A stretch of DNA of 64,000 nt from Tubiluchus corallicola (GCA_030141605.1 JAQGDQ010000584.1:62001-126000), one strand, 5' to 3'; counted from the stretch's first letter, positions 38,830 through 52,369 are shown. The notes: generated from the letters alone by a model not told the origin. Made by a program: numbers and translations.

Positions 38830-39014
38830 CATCAATAATGGCCAGCACAGTAGCTGGATATTTGCGAGAATCCAACTCCACAGTGACGTCTTTGCCAGGG
38901 CTCAACGTTCCCTTGGTAAGAACTTTGGCCCGAGGAACGATGTGTTCGCCGTACCCTTCGGAATCCCATTTGATCTTAACCTCCGGTGGTGATTCAGATT
39001 TTCTAGAACTAGAA
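38830..39014 (-). CDS. Alternative coding exon, small beta-barrel-like domain (EVKIKWDSEG...YPATVLAIID)
   Basis: gtacag / GTAATA, phase 2-1, joins in frame to the exon ending at 44973. Confidence 0.7.
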
Positions 39015-39209
39015 CTGTACAAATTAAGATGTTGGAGTGAACAATTGGCAAATTAACAGGTTAGCAAAAAAATGTAAACCCATGTAGGGGATACCTAGAC
39101 GCTACGCGTGAAAGAATGTAAGAAAACGGAATAGTATGCAGATGAAAACCTAAATTCAAAAATAAAAAATAAAACACCTTTCACGGCTATCAGAACTATA
39201 TAAGAGACT

Positions 39210-40707
39210 GATATGGCAATGAGACTGGCGATGCATTGCAAACTTTTACTCAGTTGAAAGGCCTAGGAAATGCTCTATAGTATATGGCAAGGAGACAGAA
39301 GATGCAAGGCAAACTTTCACTCAGTTGAAAGGCCTAGGAAATGCTCTATAGTATATGGCAAGGAGACAGAAGATGCAAGGCAAACTTTCACTCAGTTGAA
39401 AGGCCTAGGAAATGCTCTATAGTATATGGCAATGAGAGTGACGATACAAGGCAGACTTTTGCTCAGTTTGAAAGGCCTAGGAAATGCTCTATAGTATATG
39501 GCAATGAGACTGACGATGCAATGCAAACTTTCACTCAGTTGAAAGGCCAAGGAAATGCTTAATGCTCTATAGTATATGGCAATGAGACTGACGATGCAAG
39601 GCAAACTTTCACTCAGTTGAAAGGCCAAGGAAATGCTCTATAGTATATGGCAATGAGACTGACGATGCAAGGCAAACTTTCACTCAGTTGAAAGGCCTAG
39701 GAAATGCTCTATACTATAGTATATGGCAATGAGACTGGCGATGCAAGGCAAACTTTTACTCAGTTTGAAAGGCCCAGGAAATGCTCTATAGTATATGGCA
39801 ATGAGACTGACGATGCAAGGCAAACTTTTACTCAGTTTGAAAGGCCTAGGAAATGCTCTATAGTATATGACAATGAGACTGGTGATGCAATGCAAACTTT
39901 CACTCAGTTGAAAGGCCTAGGAAATGCTTTATAGTATATGGCAACGAGACTGACGATGCAAGGCAAACTTTTACTCAGTTGAAAGGCCCAGGAAATGCTC
40001 TATAGTATATGGCAATGAGACTGACGATGCAAGGCAAACTTTCACTCAGTTGAAAGGCCTAGGAAATGCTCTATAGTATATGGCAATGAGACTGGCGATG
40101 CAAGGCAAACTTTTGCTCAGTTTGAAAGGCCTAGGAAATGCTCTATAGTATATGGCAATGAGACTGACAATGCAAGGCAAACTTTCACTCAGTTGAAAGA
40201 CATAGGAAATGCTCTATAGTATATGGCAATAAGACTGGCGATGCAAGGCAAACTTTTACTCAGTTTGAAAGGCCCAGGAAATGCTCTATAGTATATGGCA
40301 ATGAGACTGACGATGCAAGGCAAACTTTTACTCAGTTTGAAAGGCCCAGGAAATGCTCTATAGTATATGGCAATGAGACTGACGATGCAAGGCAAACTTT
40401 CACTCAGTTGAAAGGCCTAGGAAATGCTCTATAGTATATGGCAATGAGACTGACGATGCAAGGCAAACTTTCACTCAGTTTGAAAGGCCCAGGAAATGCT
40501 CTATAGTATATGGCAATGAGACTGACGATGCAAGGCAAACTTTTACTCAGTTTGAAAGGCCCAGGAAATGCTGTATAGCATATGGCAATGAGACTGACGA
40601 TGCAAGGCAAACTTTTACTCAGTTTGAAAGGCCCAGGAAATGCTCTATAGTATATGGCAATGAGACTGACGATGCAAGGCAAACTTTTACTCAGTTGAAA
40701 GGCCTAG
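39210..40707. repeat. 71/72-bp minisatellite, ~21 copies
   Basis: Unit CTATAGTATATGGCAATGAGACTGACGATGCAAGGCAAACTTTYACTCAGTT(T)GAAAGGCCYAGGAAATGCT. Confidence 0.97.
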
Positions 40708-42636
40708 TAAAGCTATGTTCTTTACAAAACAATTTTCCTTCAGTTTTATAACTTGACTAAACAGACAGCTGGTTTAGTTCTAAGGTGCTTTAACATCACC
40801 AAAATACGTAAATCCTTTCAAGACCCTATATAAATGTGGACTGAAGTTTGTGAGTATATATTAGGTACGGAAACATTCCTTGGAACATCACGGAACCCGC
40901 GTTTGACGTTAATCTCAAATCTGGTCATTACCGTTCAAACAACTATTGGTCATTAGTGCCTATCCGGTAACTTTCTTCTTCACAATATTTTGATAATAAG
41001 TTAATAGAATTATTACTATTAAAATGAGTAAATATACAATGTATCGGTGAATCGCAGGTTAATGTTACCTAATGCCTACATAAAGAACACCAGATATACA
41101 ATACGTATGCAGGCACTGCTAGAATGTTACGAGAATAACATGCTATAATCAGAAACTAAAATATTAAAAAAAACGAACAGCGATACTCACTTCAGTGCTG
41201 GCAGCGACGATGCGAAATGTTACCACACGGCGGCGCCACACTCCATGCACGACCAGAGCAAACGAAAATATCACACGAAGTCAGCCATAATCCATGCGCA
41301 AATAAATCAGTACGGGAGAATGAATATAATACACTGTGCTCGTCGTTAAAATAAACCACAGCATGCAGAAAAACACAACTGCAACACTCGACTGTTAAAC
41401 AATGATAAAACTATACGCCATTGTTATAACTACGATCATCTTTAACTATACTCAAATATGCCAGGCAAGTGAATTTATGTGTTACCCAGAGTCATTCTCC
41501 CCCCCCCCCCGTTTTATTGGTCATCATTTCATCATTTTGGACATGCATTTATATTTTGCCAGAAGTCAATTTTTTCCGTTTTTGGCCACCATTTTGGACA
41601 TGCATTTATATTTTGCCCGAAGTCATTTTTTCCATTTTCTAGGCCACCATTTTAGATGTGCATTTAGATTTGCCCGAAGTTATTTTTTTCATTTTTTGGC
41701 CACCATTTGGGCCGTATAATGCATGTGTCAATTCATTTAGCCTCCCACCATCTCACTAAGTGTATTTATTTACATTTCAGGGTTACTAAACAAAAATCCT
41801 CAGCAAAGAAAACGTTTCTGAAGGCCACTCCACCTTCCTTAGCAAAAGTTACACATTTCTTACATAGTGACTCAGACCGTATTGCCACGTGCATTAGCTA
41901 CACTTCAACAACAAATTTTGCTGGGATGCCAAAGGCAAAACTTACACTTTGGGGGCAACAATTTCCCTCACGCTTAAATTTCTATAAGAATCATGCAAAA
42001 CTTAGTGGAATTTTATAAATACACCATCTTGTAATGCTTTGTGTGATCATGCTAGTTAATACTATTTGTTATTGCGTTCAATGTTATTATTATTTTATTA
42101 AATCATGGTTGCAATTGTACGTTATTTATTACATTATCTGCAAATGTTAAAAGTGATAATTATAGGATATCTTATAGTAAAATTTATTTTTAAGTTAGTT
42201 ATGATTAATTAGTAAATGTTTCACACATTACTGTAGGAACACGAATGATCAACTGGAATGGGTAACCTGGAATAACTAGACTAACTAACAATGGCCATAT
42301 GCTGCTCATGATATGCAGTTAAAGAAACGAATGCACAAAATTCTAAATAAAAACGCGTAAAAAGTGCGAAGTTCGCAAAACGCAAATGCGAAGAACCCAA
42401 AAGACAGACAGACAGCGACCCACAAAAATGCATCATGCAAAAACACAGTAAAAGAAGAACAAAAAACATGAAAGAAAGAGGAAATCACATTCACTCTAAA
42501 TCAGAAATATGGAAGCTATGCGGAGATGTTTTCATTTTGGGTTACAATGAAGTACTGAGCTCACGGTTTCAAAAAACTGGACATGACTGAGATTCTTTGT
42601 ACCAAACCTTGTTTGAGACAAGCATAATTCACCATA

Positions 42637-43096
42637 CACTCATATCTCTGTTTGCTGGACCTTGCTTTTACGGATATCGGAAAAATCAGACAAAATCTGG
42701 ACCGTTAAAAAGTCCCGCATATTACGGACACAGTCAGTTGTTTTATCGAGCTGACCGCTAGTTGGCAGGCGGTCACTTTGCTTACATCATTGCATCAGCG
42801 TAACCAAGAAACATGCTACAACACGTGTGTAGCTTGTATGTCAGCGTGTTCAAGTAGTTTAAAAACACAGAGTCAATTATGCGGAGTTATTTGAGTGAAT
42901 TGCCTTATATTGTATATACTTTAGCATTGGAGCGGCCCGTAGTAGACGCTTTTGAGACAATTAGGCAATTGATTCCACATTACCTTGAGTCTAATACACG
43001 GTGCCTACTGTATTAGCTTAGTATCGGTAATACGGACAAGCGGCAAATTCGGACCGACGTCTGCCCGCTTTTGTCCGGCAAACCGAGATATGAGTG
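42637..43096. mobile_element. MITE family D copy
   Basis: ~24-bp near-perfect TIRs, TA TSD. Confidence 0.88.
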
Positions 43097-44164
43097 TACA
43101 GTATGCGACTGCAAGCAGTGAAGATACAAGTTTCATTTTTACACCTTTAACTTGCAGGCCATTGAGAAATTTCACTTTTTACATAATATTCTCTACTTTT
43201 ACTGCAATAACTGTTCGCAGGCAAAAACAGCCAATGATGGTATTAAGATGGGTTCTTAAGCTTCGTAATGATCACAAGATCATTCTGAGTTTTTGCATTC
43301 TGAGTAAATCTATCAAGTGTTTTGTACTGTTTTACATAGTAAATTAAGCATTTTTCATGCGATATCAACAGATTTTTATAGATAAATTATCTGAATACTA
43401 GAACAGCTAACAGCTTCCAATAGCTAAAGAAATAACCAACCTGAATATGTTATTTATATAAATGTTATACATGGATTTTTTTTTGTGCGCTAAAGATATT
43501 TGTAAAAATATTCAAAATTTCACATAGCAGCAAGTCACAGATTAGCATGAACAATAGATTACCGTGGTATTCATAACATGCAACTTGCTATGTGCAGTCT
43601 CCTGCTGTATTTCCAAGAACATGATGCAGATTGGGCATTGGTAAAGTCGACATTGCTAAAGTGACAGAGTGATTTTTGTCTGCCACCTAGTGGAGAGTTA
43701 GAAAAACAATGCAAGCATGTAATGGCACTACTTGCAGTTGTACGAGGCTGTAATGATTACCTTGAGAATAGGTCTCGTTAAGCACTGTAGAAGAGGCAAT
43801 AGGATCTTACTGTTATCCTTAAATGTTGCAAAAGAAACCATACAAAACAAAACGTAGCACTGCGGCATGCACACATACTAAAAAAGCTTGTTTCGGTTTC
43901 TTCAACATTTATAACACATCCACAAGCAAGAGAAAACATATCAACATATAAAAAACAATGATGCTGGTATACTTACATAGTCAGATGACACAGACAGAGC
44001 AGTCAACTATGTTAGTAAGCAGTTAGTAACATTCACCCGTACACCTCACATTGTATGTATGAGCAAAAACAGCTGTTAGTAGAAACTAAATGATCGTTAT
44101 TAGTCACAAAAACAGAAAAAACGTAAAAAAACACGACCTATTTCCGTCTATGGAAAGAAAGCAA

Positions 44165-44945
44165 GATCTATTTTCTTTTATGCAGTGAAAACTAAGATCC
44201 ATTTTCCTTTATGCAGCGAAAAATATGGCCCACTATTCTGTATGCAATGAAAAATATGGCCCACTATTCTGTATGCAATGAAAAATATGGCCCACTATTC
44301 TGTATGCAACGAAAAATATGGCAAACTATTCTCTATGCAACGAAAAATATGGCAAACTATTCTCTATGCAACGAAAAATATGGCAAACTATTCTCTATGC
44401 AACGAAAAATATGTCACACTATTCTGTATGCAACGAACAATATGGCACATTCACCTTTGCGCAGAGGAAAATATGCCTTATTTTTCTTTATGCAAGAAAA
44501 AATACAGCCCATTTTCCTTTATGCAGTGAAAAATTGGGCCATTTTACTTTACCCTGTCAAAAACACAGCCTGTTTTCCTTTATGCAGCAAAAAAATGAGG
44601 CCATTTTTCTTTACTCTGTCAAAAATACAGCCTGTGTTCCTTTATGCAGTGAAAAATGAGACCATTTTCTTTACCCTGTCAAAAATACAGCCTGTATTCC
44701 TTTATCCAGCAAAAAATGAGGCAATTTTTCTTTACCCTTTCAAAAATACAGCCCGTTTTCCTTTATGCAGTGAAAAATGAGACCATTTTTCTTTACCCTG
44801 TCAAAAATACAGCCTGTGTTCCTTTATGCAGTGAAAAATGAGACCATTTTTCTTTACCCTGTGAAAAATGCAGCCTGTGTTCCTTTATGCAGGGAAAAAT
44901 ATGGCCATTTTTCTTTACCCTGTGAAAAATGCAGCCTGTGAAAAA
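44165..44945. repeat. 31-bp minisatellite grading into ~62-bp dimeric units
   Basis: TATGCAACGAAAAATATGGCAAACTATTCTC monomers, then alternating TATGCAG.../TACCCTG... units. Confidence 0.9.
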
Positions 44946-44972
44946 TCAATAATCAACTAACAAATCACTTAC

Positions 44973-45149
44973 CTGTGTTTCTTTTGCAAGTTGCATAGGT
45001 AAGACAGGGATGCATTGCACGGTTTACACGACACGGCCATTTCCGATGAGTGAACTTTCAGGTGCGCTTTCAGAGATGGGAGGTCTTCAAAGAATTCGCT
45101 GCAAACGTGACATTTCTGCACACCTCCGGGATGCAAGTTATGGTTACGC
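44973..45149 (-). CDS. ZF gene exon, finger 7 (CHVC...HLKVH) plus degenerate CKPC finger
   Basis: tttcag / GTAAGT, phase 2-2; completes HRRNH of finger 6. Confidence 0.92.
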
Positions 45150-46247
45150 CTGAAAGCAAAAAATCATGTTTCAGTTTAAAAACGATCTAACAAAATTAGT
45201 GGTCAGTGTTCCTCACATTTCAGTACAAGACCAGACATGTGCCGACGTGCAAACCCGTGTTGCGATCCGATACCGATTATTTTTACATATTGCTCTTGGC
45301 CGACATGATCCTCAATCTGATCTGATATGAGATCTGACATATGATAATTGCTGCAACAGTAACTGCTGTTTATGCTGTGAGTGTGGAAGTCAAAATACAA
45401 TATAATCATGACATTAGCTAGAAAATAAGATGACTTATTGACTTCCTATATAGTTATAATTATGACATTTTTGCGCTTCATGACATTAGCTGGAAAATAA
45501 GATGACTTATTGACTTCTCATACGGTTATAGTTATGATATTCTGCCGTTCTGTAAAGTACTAATTGTGTACTAGTTTAGTGTTACTAGCTACTGTTTTAT
45601 TACTAATAGCATTAGTTTATCTTTCTTAGGATCAATCAGCTTCGTACAATTTACCCAAAGATATATTTCATTCCTGATAGCAAATTGGTTTTTAATCACA
45701 TTAAAATCAACTCGCAGTGAAAAAATAACTAGTACTGATGTTTCATGTAAAATTGCAGACGCAAAAGAAACACGCCACAGATTGGTAACGACCTCACAAA
45801 TACAGAGTTTGAAGTTGAACATATCTGAGTTTTATATGTATGAAACAACCGCTTCAGTCAAACTTGTACGTTTTGTGGCTCAGTCAATACTTAAAAATGG
45901 TGGCATTTGTGTGTAAAAGTCATGGTGAAAATGAAATAGAATTTTTGAAGAAACTGCTCAAATTAATGACCGTAAGTGTTTATTATGATCGCATTCATTA
46001 GTGCTAATAAGAAAAGGCTCAAGCAAACTTTACTTCAGGTGTATTCAGAAGCGAAAATTCAATTTAGGGCAAAATATCAGCATTGCTATCATTGATATTA
46101 GAACATTATCGGCCCGATATCCGATTTGTTCTGATCGATTATTTATCGGATCGGCACATCCCTGTCTAAGACCACATGTGTCAATCATTGTCAAAAAGAT
46201 GCTTGATGTTCAATAAAAAAAGTTGAATTAACAACCGCTGAACTCAC

Positions 46248-46401
46248 CGATGACGCTGAAGATTTCCAGCCTGTGTAAAAGCCCGTCCACACATCTCGCA
46301 CTCGTACGGACGTTCACCTGTATGTATCCTGCGATGCTTTTTCAACGTCGATACGTCGGAAAATGACTTGTCGCACAGATCACAGCTGTAGGGACGTTCT
46401 C
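46248..46401 (-). CDS. ZF gene exon, fingers 5-6 ([10 protein letters not shown]...[12 protein letters not shown]...LQRHR)
   Basis: ttccag / GTGAGT, phase 1-2; canonical TGERPY linkers. Confidence 0.96.
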
Positions 46402-47021
46402 CTGGAATGCAACACAAGGATGACCAATGTCCAAAGAAGTCAATGGTCATCGTCACACTAATTTGACTAATTTACTAATAACTTTTGTGGATCATTTTAT
46501 GACAGCCAATAAACACTATCAACAACTTTGGACAACTTTTTTGCCAGCACACAAAAACTGTAATTTTATCCCAGTTTTTTCTGTCTACAATTTCCTAGAC
46601 TGTGAACTGATATCAACAACTTTGACAAAACTTCAACTTTTAACAAAAACTGTCAATCACGAGCAAGGCAATAGAACCAAGCTTGCCATTAAAAAAAGTT
46701 TCCAGAAATTTCTTAGGTGAAAAATTTTTGTTAGTAGTTTGGTTTCCTTGTATTGTTTAGAGTTTACGAGCATTTCAGTGTCGCCAGGAAAATGTAATGT
46801 TCACACGGTTTCATGAAAGAACAAAACTGTATCAATTATTTTCGCTTATTAGTTATTAATTTGTCGCACAGAAATAATGGCTCAATGCACATACCAAACA
46901 CATAAGTTACGCTATTATTTAAACGTATTATGACCATCGCAACTACTCGGTCATATTCCCGCCCCGAATTAATAATCCATATTATGTCCTAGTCTTTCGA
47001 AATGAATGTATTTTGCAAATA

Positions 47022-48000
47022 CAGTAGGCGCCGCTTTTTAGACTCAGTTTGGGACCGAAATGTTTTGACCCAATTAACCGACTGAACCTGTTAACTGATG
47101 GGTGTAGTATTACTGGTATAGATGTATGATTCATCAGCTTACTATGCACTGCAAATTTTTTTCATGAATTTTAGAAACAAAGTAATGCCTAAATTCTTTT
47201 GTGCAGTTAAAAATTAAAAAACATATTTTAAAATATTAATTTATATAAGTGAATTAGCAATGAATTAAAAGCTATACTTTTTTAAATCACACAAGTCTGT
47301 TTATTTGCAAAAATTACAAAAATTCCTTCAAAGTCGGCTGCTTCATTTCATCACGAAGAAGTTCTGATAATGATAAAAATGTTTAAAATCTGTTGTCGTA
47401 TGATGCACAAAGTTCTCGAAAAGTAATTAGTGCTTGGCGTGCTTAAGCTGCTGGTAGTGCCCATGTTTCCCCGCAAGCACCTTCCTCTGTAGTTTCGCCT
47501 AAGCTCCCACTTGCTATGATTGTGACATACTTACTGTACTGTTCCTGCGTCCCGGGCAAAACAGCAACATCTACCTGACTAAACTCCCTGGCAAAGACAG
47601 CCAGACCTTCAAAAGCAAACCGCGCTAGACAAGTGATTAAATGTTAAGCTTTCAGGAATTCTTGGGTAACGATGTTAATTGCAGGTCAAAGGAAACCATA
47701 AGGCTAGCACAATAGTGTATGATCAACGTTCCTGCTTACAAACAAAACTGTACTTAACGTGATTGTTTCTATGTATATTATAGGACAAAAGCGAACTAAA
47801 ATCATATAAAAGTCATAAAAGCTTATTAGTCACACGAATGTTTCTTTTGAAGCACGTGAAGCAAAAATATTGAGTCAATTGTGCGTCAATTACCGACAGT
47901 TTTTACGTACATTTGAATAGAAGCGACCCGTACACGGCGTTTTTGAGTCAATTAAGCAATTGAGTCTATTAACCGTGAGTCTATTAATTGGCGCCTCCTG
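47022..48000. mobile_element. Tigger/pogo-like deletion derivative
   Basis: TA-CAGTAGGCGCC ... GGCGCCTCCTG-TA; minus-strand KQPTLK resembles pogo C-termini. Confidence 0.7.
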
Positions 48001-49744
48001 TACTAATACATATGATTGTTGAAACTAAAAAACTTAAACCATTCTGAGCTGGGAACATAATTAGGTTTAGAACGCACTACTAATTTCAAAACTAGTAAGC
48101 ACCCCCTTAAAAGCAGGCAAAATTAATAAATTAGATCATACGAAGTATAAGGGCAGCTTTAACGAATTACTATTATTAACAAACACACAAATTTGCTTCT
48201 GATTAAAAACAAAATGCATGCATTTCATAAATATAAAACAATGCGGGTCATTTAAACAAACAAAATAGGTTTACTTGCAATACAAATCAAAATAAATATA
48301 TTATGTAATTACAAAAAAACACAACACAATTCCCATTGCTGTCATGTTCCCAACACCAAACCATTAAATAAGTTTGACACTGTCGTGCAAACAAATTGCC
48401 GTCCTGGTCCATCAAAGATGCAGCAGTAAGTTGCCGTGACGATGCACAATCCGGTCGTACTGTAAATTCTTCGATTAGCAAAGATCCATCAATTACAAAG
48501 TCAAAACCGGGCCTGAACACTAACAAACTGAGATATATCACTGCCACGGTTAACTGGAAACGTTCAATCTACTCTCATACCCGAAAGTCTACCCAGAATG
48601 ACCTGGGGCGTATTTACCAATGGGCTAACTAGGCTGTAGCTTAGAGTATGCAAATTTTCAGGAGCACCAGATTTCATGCGTATACTATCATATTTTATAA
48701 CATACCACAAGCAGTTACTGAATCCCCTTTTATAAAAGTCCCTTTCAACAAATAAGAACCATTATTACCCAAATTAACAAACAAGAATAACTATTACACC
48801 AAAAATACTACACCACAAGCAGTTGTGCAGTGCATTTAGATATAAGAGTTATGCAAATATATCTAACTAACAATGACTACAAGTATTACTGCTTCATATA
48901 TAAGTGTTGCTTATAAAGCAACCATAACCCATAATAGAGATGGGCAGGTTTGAACAATCAGCCTAGGTTTTGTAATGTCTTCATATGCCCCTAGAACTGA
49001 AACACTTGTTGCAGAATTCCTAATTAGGTGTTAAACTCAGACAGCAATGCCTCTCAGATAAATTAACAACGAATGTAATCAGGGACTTGCAATCTTAATG
49101 GAACAATTAGCAAATGATTTTTCTCGTAAACAGAAATTCTCAGTTCAAATCTGTGGCATCATTTTTTGTGTCTTTTCTGAAATGCGAGAAGTTCTGCAAA
49201 ATACACATTTAGAAAGGTGCTTTTGATACCTATAAAGAGACAGACTTGGTCCACAGATTCCTACCTAAGAGAAGAACAAGTGCTATAAGCTAATGTGATG
49301 AATGGTCAAAGCAGAGAGATGGAAGATCTTCACATTGATGGCCACTGTAATTCAATAATTTGACCAAAGCAGAGGTAGTGACAGATGGAGAATCTTCAAG
49401 ATGATACAGCAGATCAAGCTATCCAAAATCAGTTTTCCCGTGCTTACCTATTTACATTTACTACTCAGGCTCGGTGATGCATAACTTCGATTGCGAATTG
49501 TAAAGATCACGACCACACAATCATTGTCCCACCCAGAATTAAAAATTCTAAGGAACACATGACAGCCATCCATCAGAATGGATGCCGAACAAGGCTACGA
49601 CCCCCACCCTAAATCGATCCGTCCAGCTATAACGCGATGACTCTACGTTACACATGCAATGCACTCGAGACAAAATCTACATGCGAAGTCACACTCGATA
49701 CGACACAACATGCACGAACAATGAGCACAACAATGCAGCCTTAC

Positions 49745-49774
49745 TTCTCTTACTTTTCTTGTTGTTGCCTCCAG
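49745..49774 (-). CDS. Candidate alternative microexon, 21 nt (49754-49774) or 30 nt
   Basis: Pyrimidine tract + CAG; donors GTAAGA and GTAAGG 9 nt apart; both forms phase 1-1 and stop-free. Confidence 0.55.
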
Positions 49775-50429
49775 CTGCGGGTGTTTGGAAAAAGCAAAAC
49801 AAAACAAATTTCACCATCAGTTTACTAACAACTTACATTAGCAGCGAGCTAAATAAGTTGCTCGCACTTTAGATGCGCACTCTAGATCTATTACATTTTA
49901 CTCTAGTATTCAATGCTGATCCTTTAGCATTCATGCATTCATAACTTGGGTTTCTTAAATACTCACAAATTAGATAAATACACTTAGCCTTTTAGATATT
50001 AGAAGCTGTATTTTTAAATGTACACTACATTATAACGGATATTTATGTAACAAAAAATGCAAGCTATCATACTTTACACATATTATACATTAAATTTCTA
50101 AATGATACCATAATAATATATGATGTCAGACATACTTTAGTCAGACGAACTTTGAAGGGTTAAGTTGTAACCCAAAACAAAACGTTGAAGTATTATGCCA
50201 GCCAAAAAATGCTATTTTTAGCACTAGCTCTGGCATTGCTTTATTTATTTATAATATCATATCATTACTTAAGAATGAAAAGCAATGATAACACCTCCTT
50301 GTTCTACATAAAAGAGTATCATACACTTTTCGAGTCATTTGAAAATTTTCGACATCAGTTTGATGTCCTGTATAGATCTCAAAACAGACGGGGAATTTTA
50401 AATATATGTAGTACACGAATACAGCTTAC

Positions 50430-50665
50430 CTGTGTGAACTCGCAGGTGGGTTTTGAACGTGCTCCGTTGATTGAACGACGCACCGCATGATGAACATTTG
50501 TACGGTCTGTCGTTCGTGTGAACACGTTTGTGAACTGTAAGCGTACCCGGCAGAGAGAAGGTGGCGCCACACTGGTCACACCTGTAGGGCTTCTCTATGT
50601 TATGTCCTTGCGAATGTCGAGCGAGCGCCGCCGTCGTCGTGAAGATTTCGTGGCAAACGTCGCAC
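50430..50665 (-). CDS. ZF gene exon, fingers 2-4 (CDVC...HSQGH; CDQC...HKRVH; CSSC...HLRVHT)
   Basis: ctccag / GTAAGC, phase 2-1; three C2H2 with EKPY/DRPY linkers. Confidence 0.95.
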
Positions 50666-52238
50666 CTGGAGGAAACGATCGTGGTAACGAGTATGTTACT
50701 GATTATTTATTAACTCAACATGCAGGTCTCAGTGTGTCTCTGATTGGCTGCATTTACAAATTCATTCTTTTAACCTACATGAAATCTGTTGTTACATTTT
50801 TTGTTACAGACAACAGATACTAAACTTCTCACATTGGACAGAAGAAAATCATTTTAATTACTCTAAATTTAAATTTATGTTGTATTGTTATCATACTTTT
50901 TTGAGTTTTATATAGTGCTGCCACCTTCAGGTGTTCTTGTTAAAATTGTTAAATCTTTCTGTTTACTGTTTAAATTTTCATTGGCTTCTACAGTCTTTAG
51001 GAATGCATAATCTCTAAACCTGTTTTCACACCTAAATGATTTCACCTGTAGTTTTGGTCACTTGGTTTTCTGCTTTTCAACATGACACTACTTCACTGTT
51101 TATGTAGGCATTTCAGAATAAAATCTTAAAACTAAATTTCAAGTTTTTTGGTTTCTTCAAATCACACATGAAACCCGACATATGTATATGCATCCGATCT
51201 AAACTAAATTTATCACCCAAGGCAACGCCTTGCAAAAGATATCTTCTAAAGAAATTTTTGCCTAAGATTATAATAGTACAGATATTAAGATCATAAATGT
51301 AATTATTCCTATAATCGTTTACTTATAGATGTGTTTGTGTGCAATTAATTTAATCTTTATGTTTAGCAATCATATTTTACTTTAGGTTATTTTAATTTCA
51401 TGGATTTTATGTTTTCTATTTTTTATCTGGACTTTCTTGTCTGAAATAAAATTATAAACAATCAAATCACTCAACGTGACGCAAATGTAGACACATTCAC
51501 TAAGCATAAGCAAGCTACTGGTGGGACCTATTAATCGATTATAATTAATCGATTTCGGCTATTATTTTTGATCATCGATTATTTTTGCAGGTGCCAATGC
51601 AGATTGATTGCATTATCAATGCCGCTTCCATTTATAATTTGGAAAAACCACAACAAGCCATCATTGCAGTGCTAAACCAAGCAATGTAAAAACCTTACGC
51701 AATGTTATCTAAACTTGTTTCAAACGAATTAAGTACCGTCAAAATGGCTGCTCCTAACCGTCATCACAGGAGTTTATATTTTTAAGTTAAGTTTTACACA
51801 CAGAGTTACCGTTGATACAAGTTCTGTATGCAATGAGACAGTACGTAGGTGATACAAAATTGCAAGGTGAATTTTTCAAGTTCCAGCGATTGATGATGAT
51901 CGTGAACAGGTCAGAGGTAAGAGTACCATACAACACATTGATGTACACTTTACAACGCCTCGCAGCCCATTCTATTTTGACAGTAACAGCTTTAAAGTGT
52001 TTTTAAAGTTAGTTGGAACCTTACCTAGTTCAATTTTTTCTAGTTCCAAACAAGATCCTGCTAATAAATCAATTTACGCACAGACCAATGCATAACTAAG
52101 TAAACTCCAAGTAAAAGAACTGAAGTTACTGAACTGGCATGGCAGACAGCTTTGCTTTACCCACATGTCACTTGATGGTTGTACTTACACAACGAAAGCG
52201 TGAAAAGACTTAATAGCAAAAACAAATATATCGCTCAC

Positions 52239-52369
52239 TTTAACGACTCGATCTGTAAACTCTTCGACATAGGTGATGCCGGACTGTCTATCCCGGAGCT
52301 GTCCAGACCCGGACTTGCCGATTTTTCCGGACTAGAACTTGTTATCACTCCCGCTTCCCTCAGTTCCGT
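52239..52369 (-). CDS. ZF gene exon, Ser/Pro-rich linker (TELREAG...SLQIESLK)
   Basis: tttcag / GTGAGC, phase 0-2, compatible with both neighbours. Confidence 0.85.

Noticed and set aside
39341-40682. Repetitive ORFs in the 71/72-bp array
   Set aside because: Products of tandem repeats; unit length shifts frame
44211-44841. 189-aa and overlapping ORFs
   Set aside because: Minisatellite-derived, intronic and antisense
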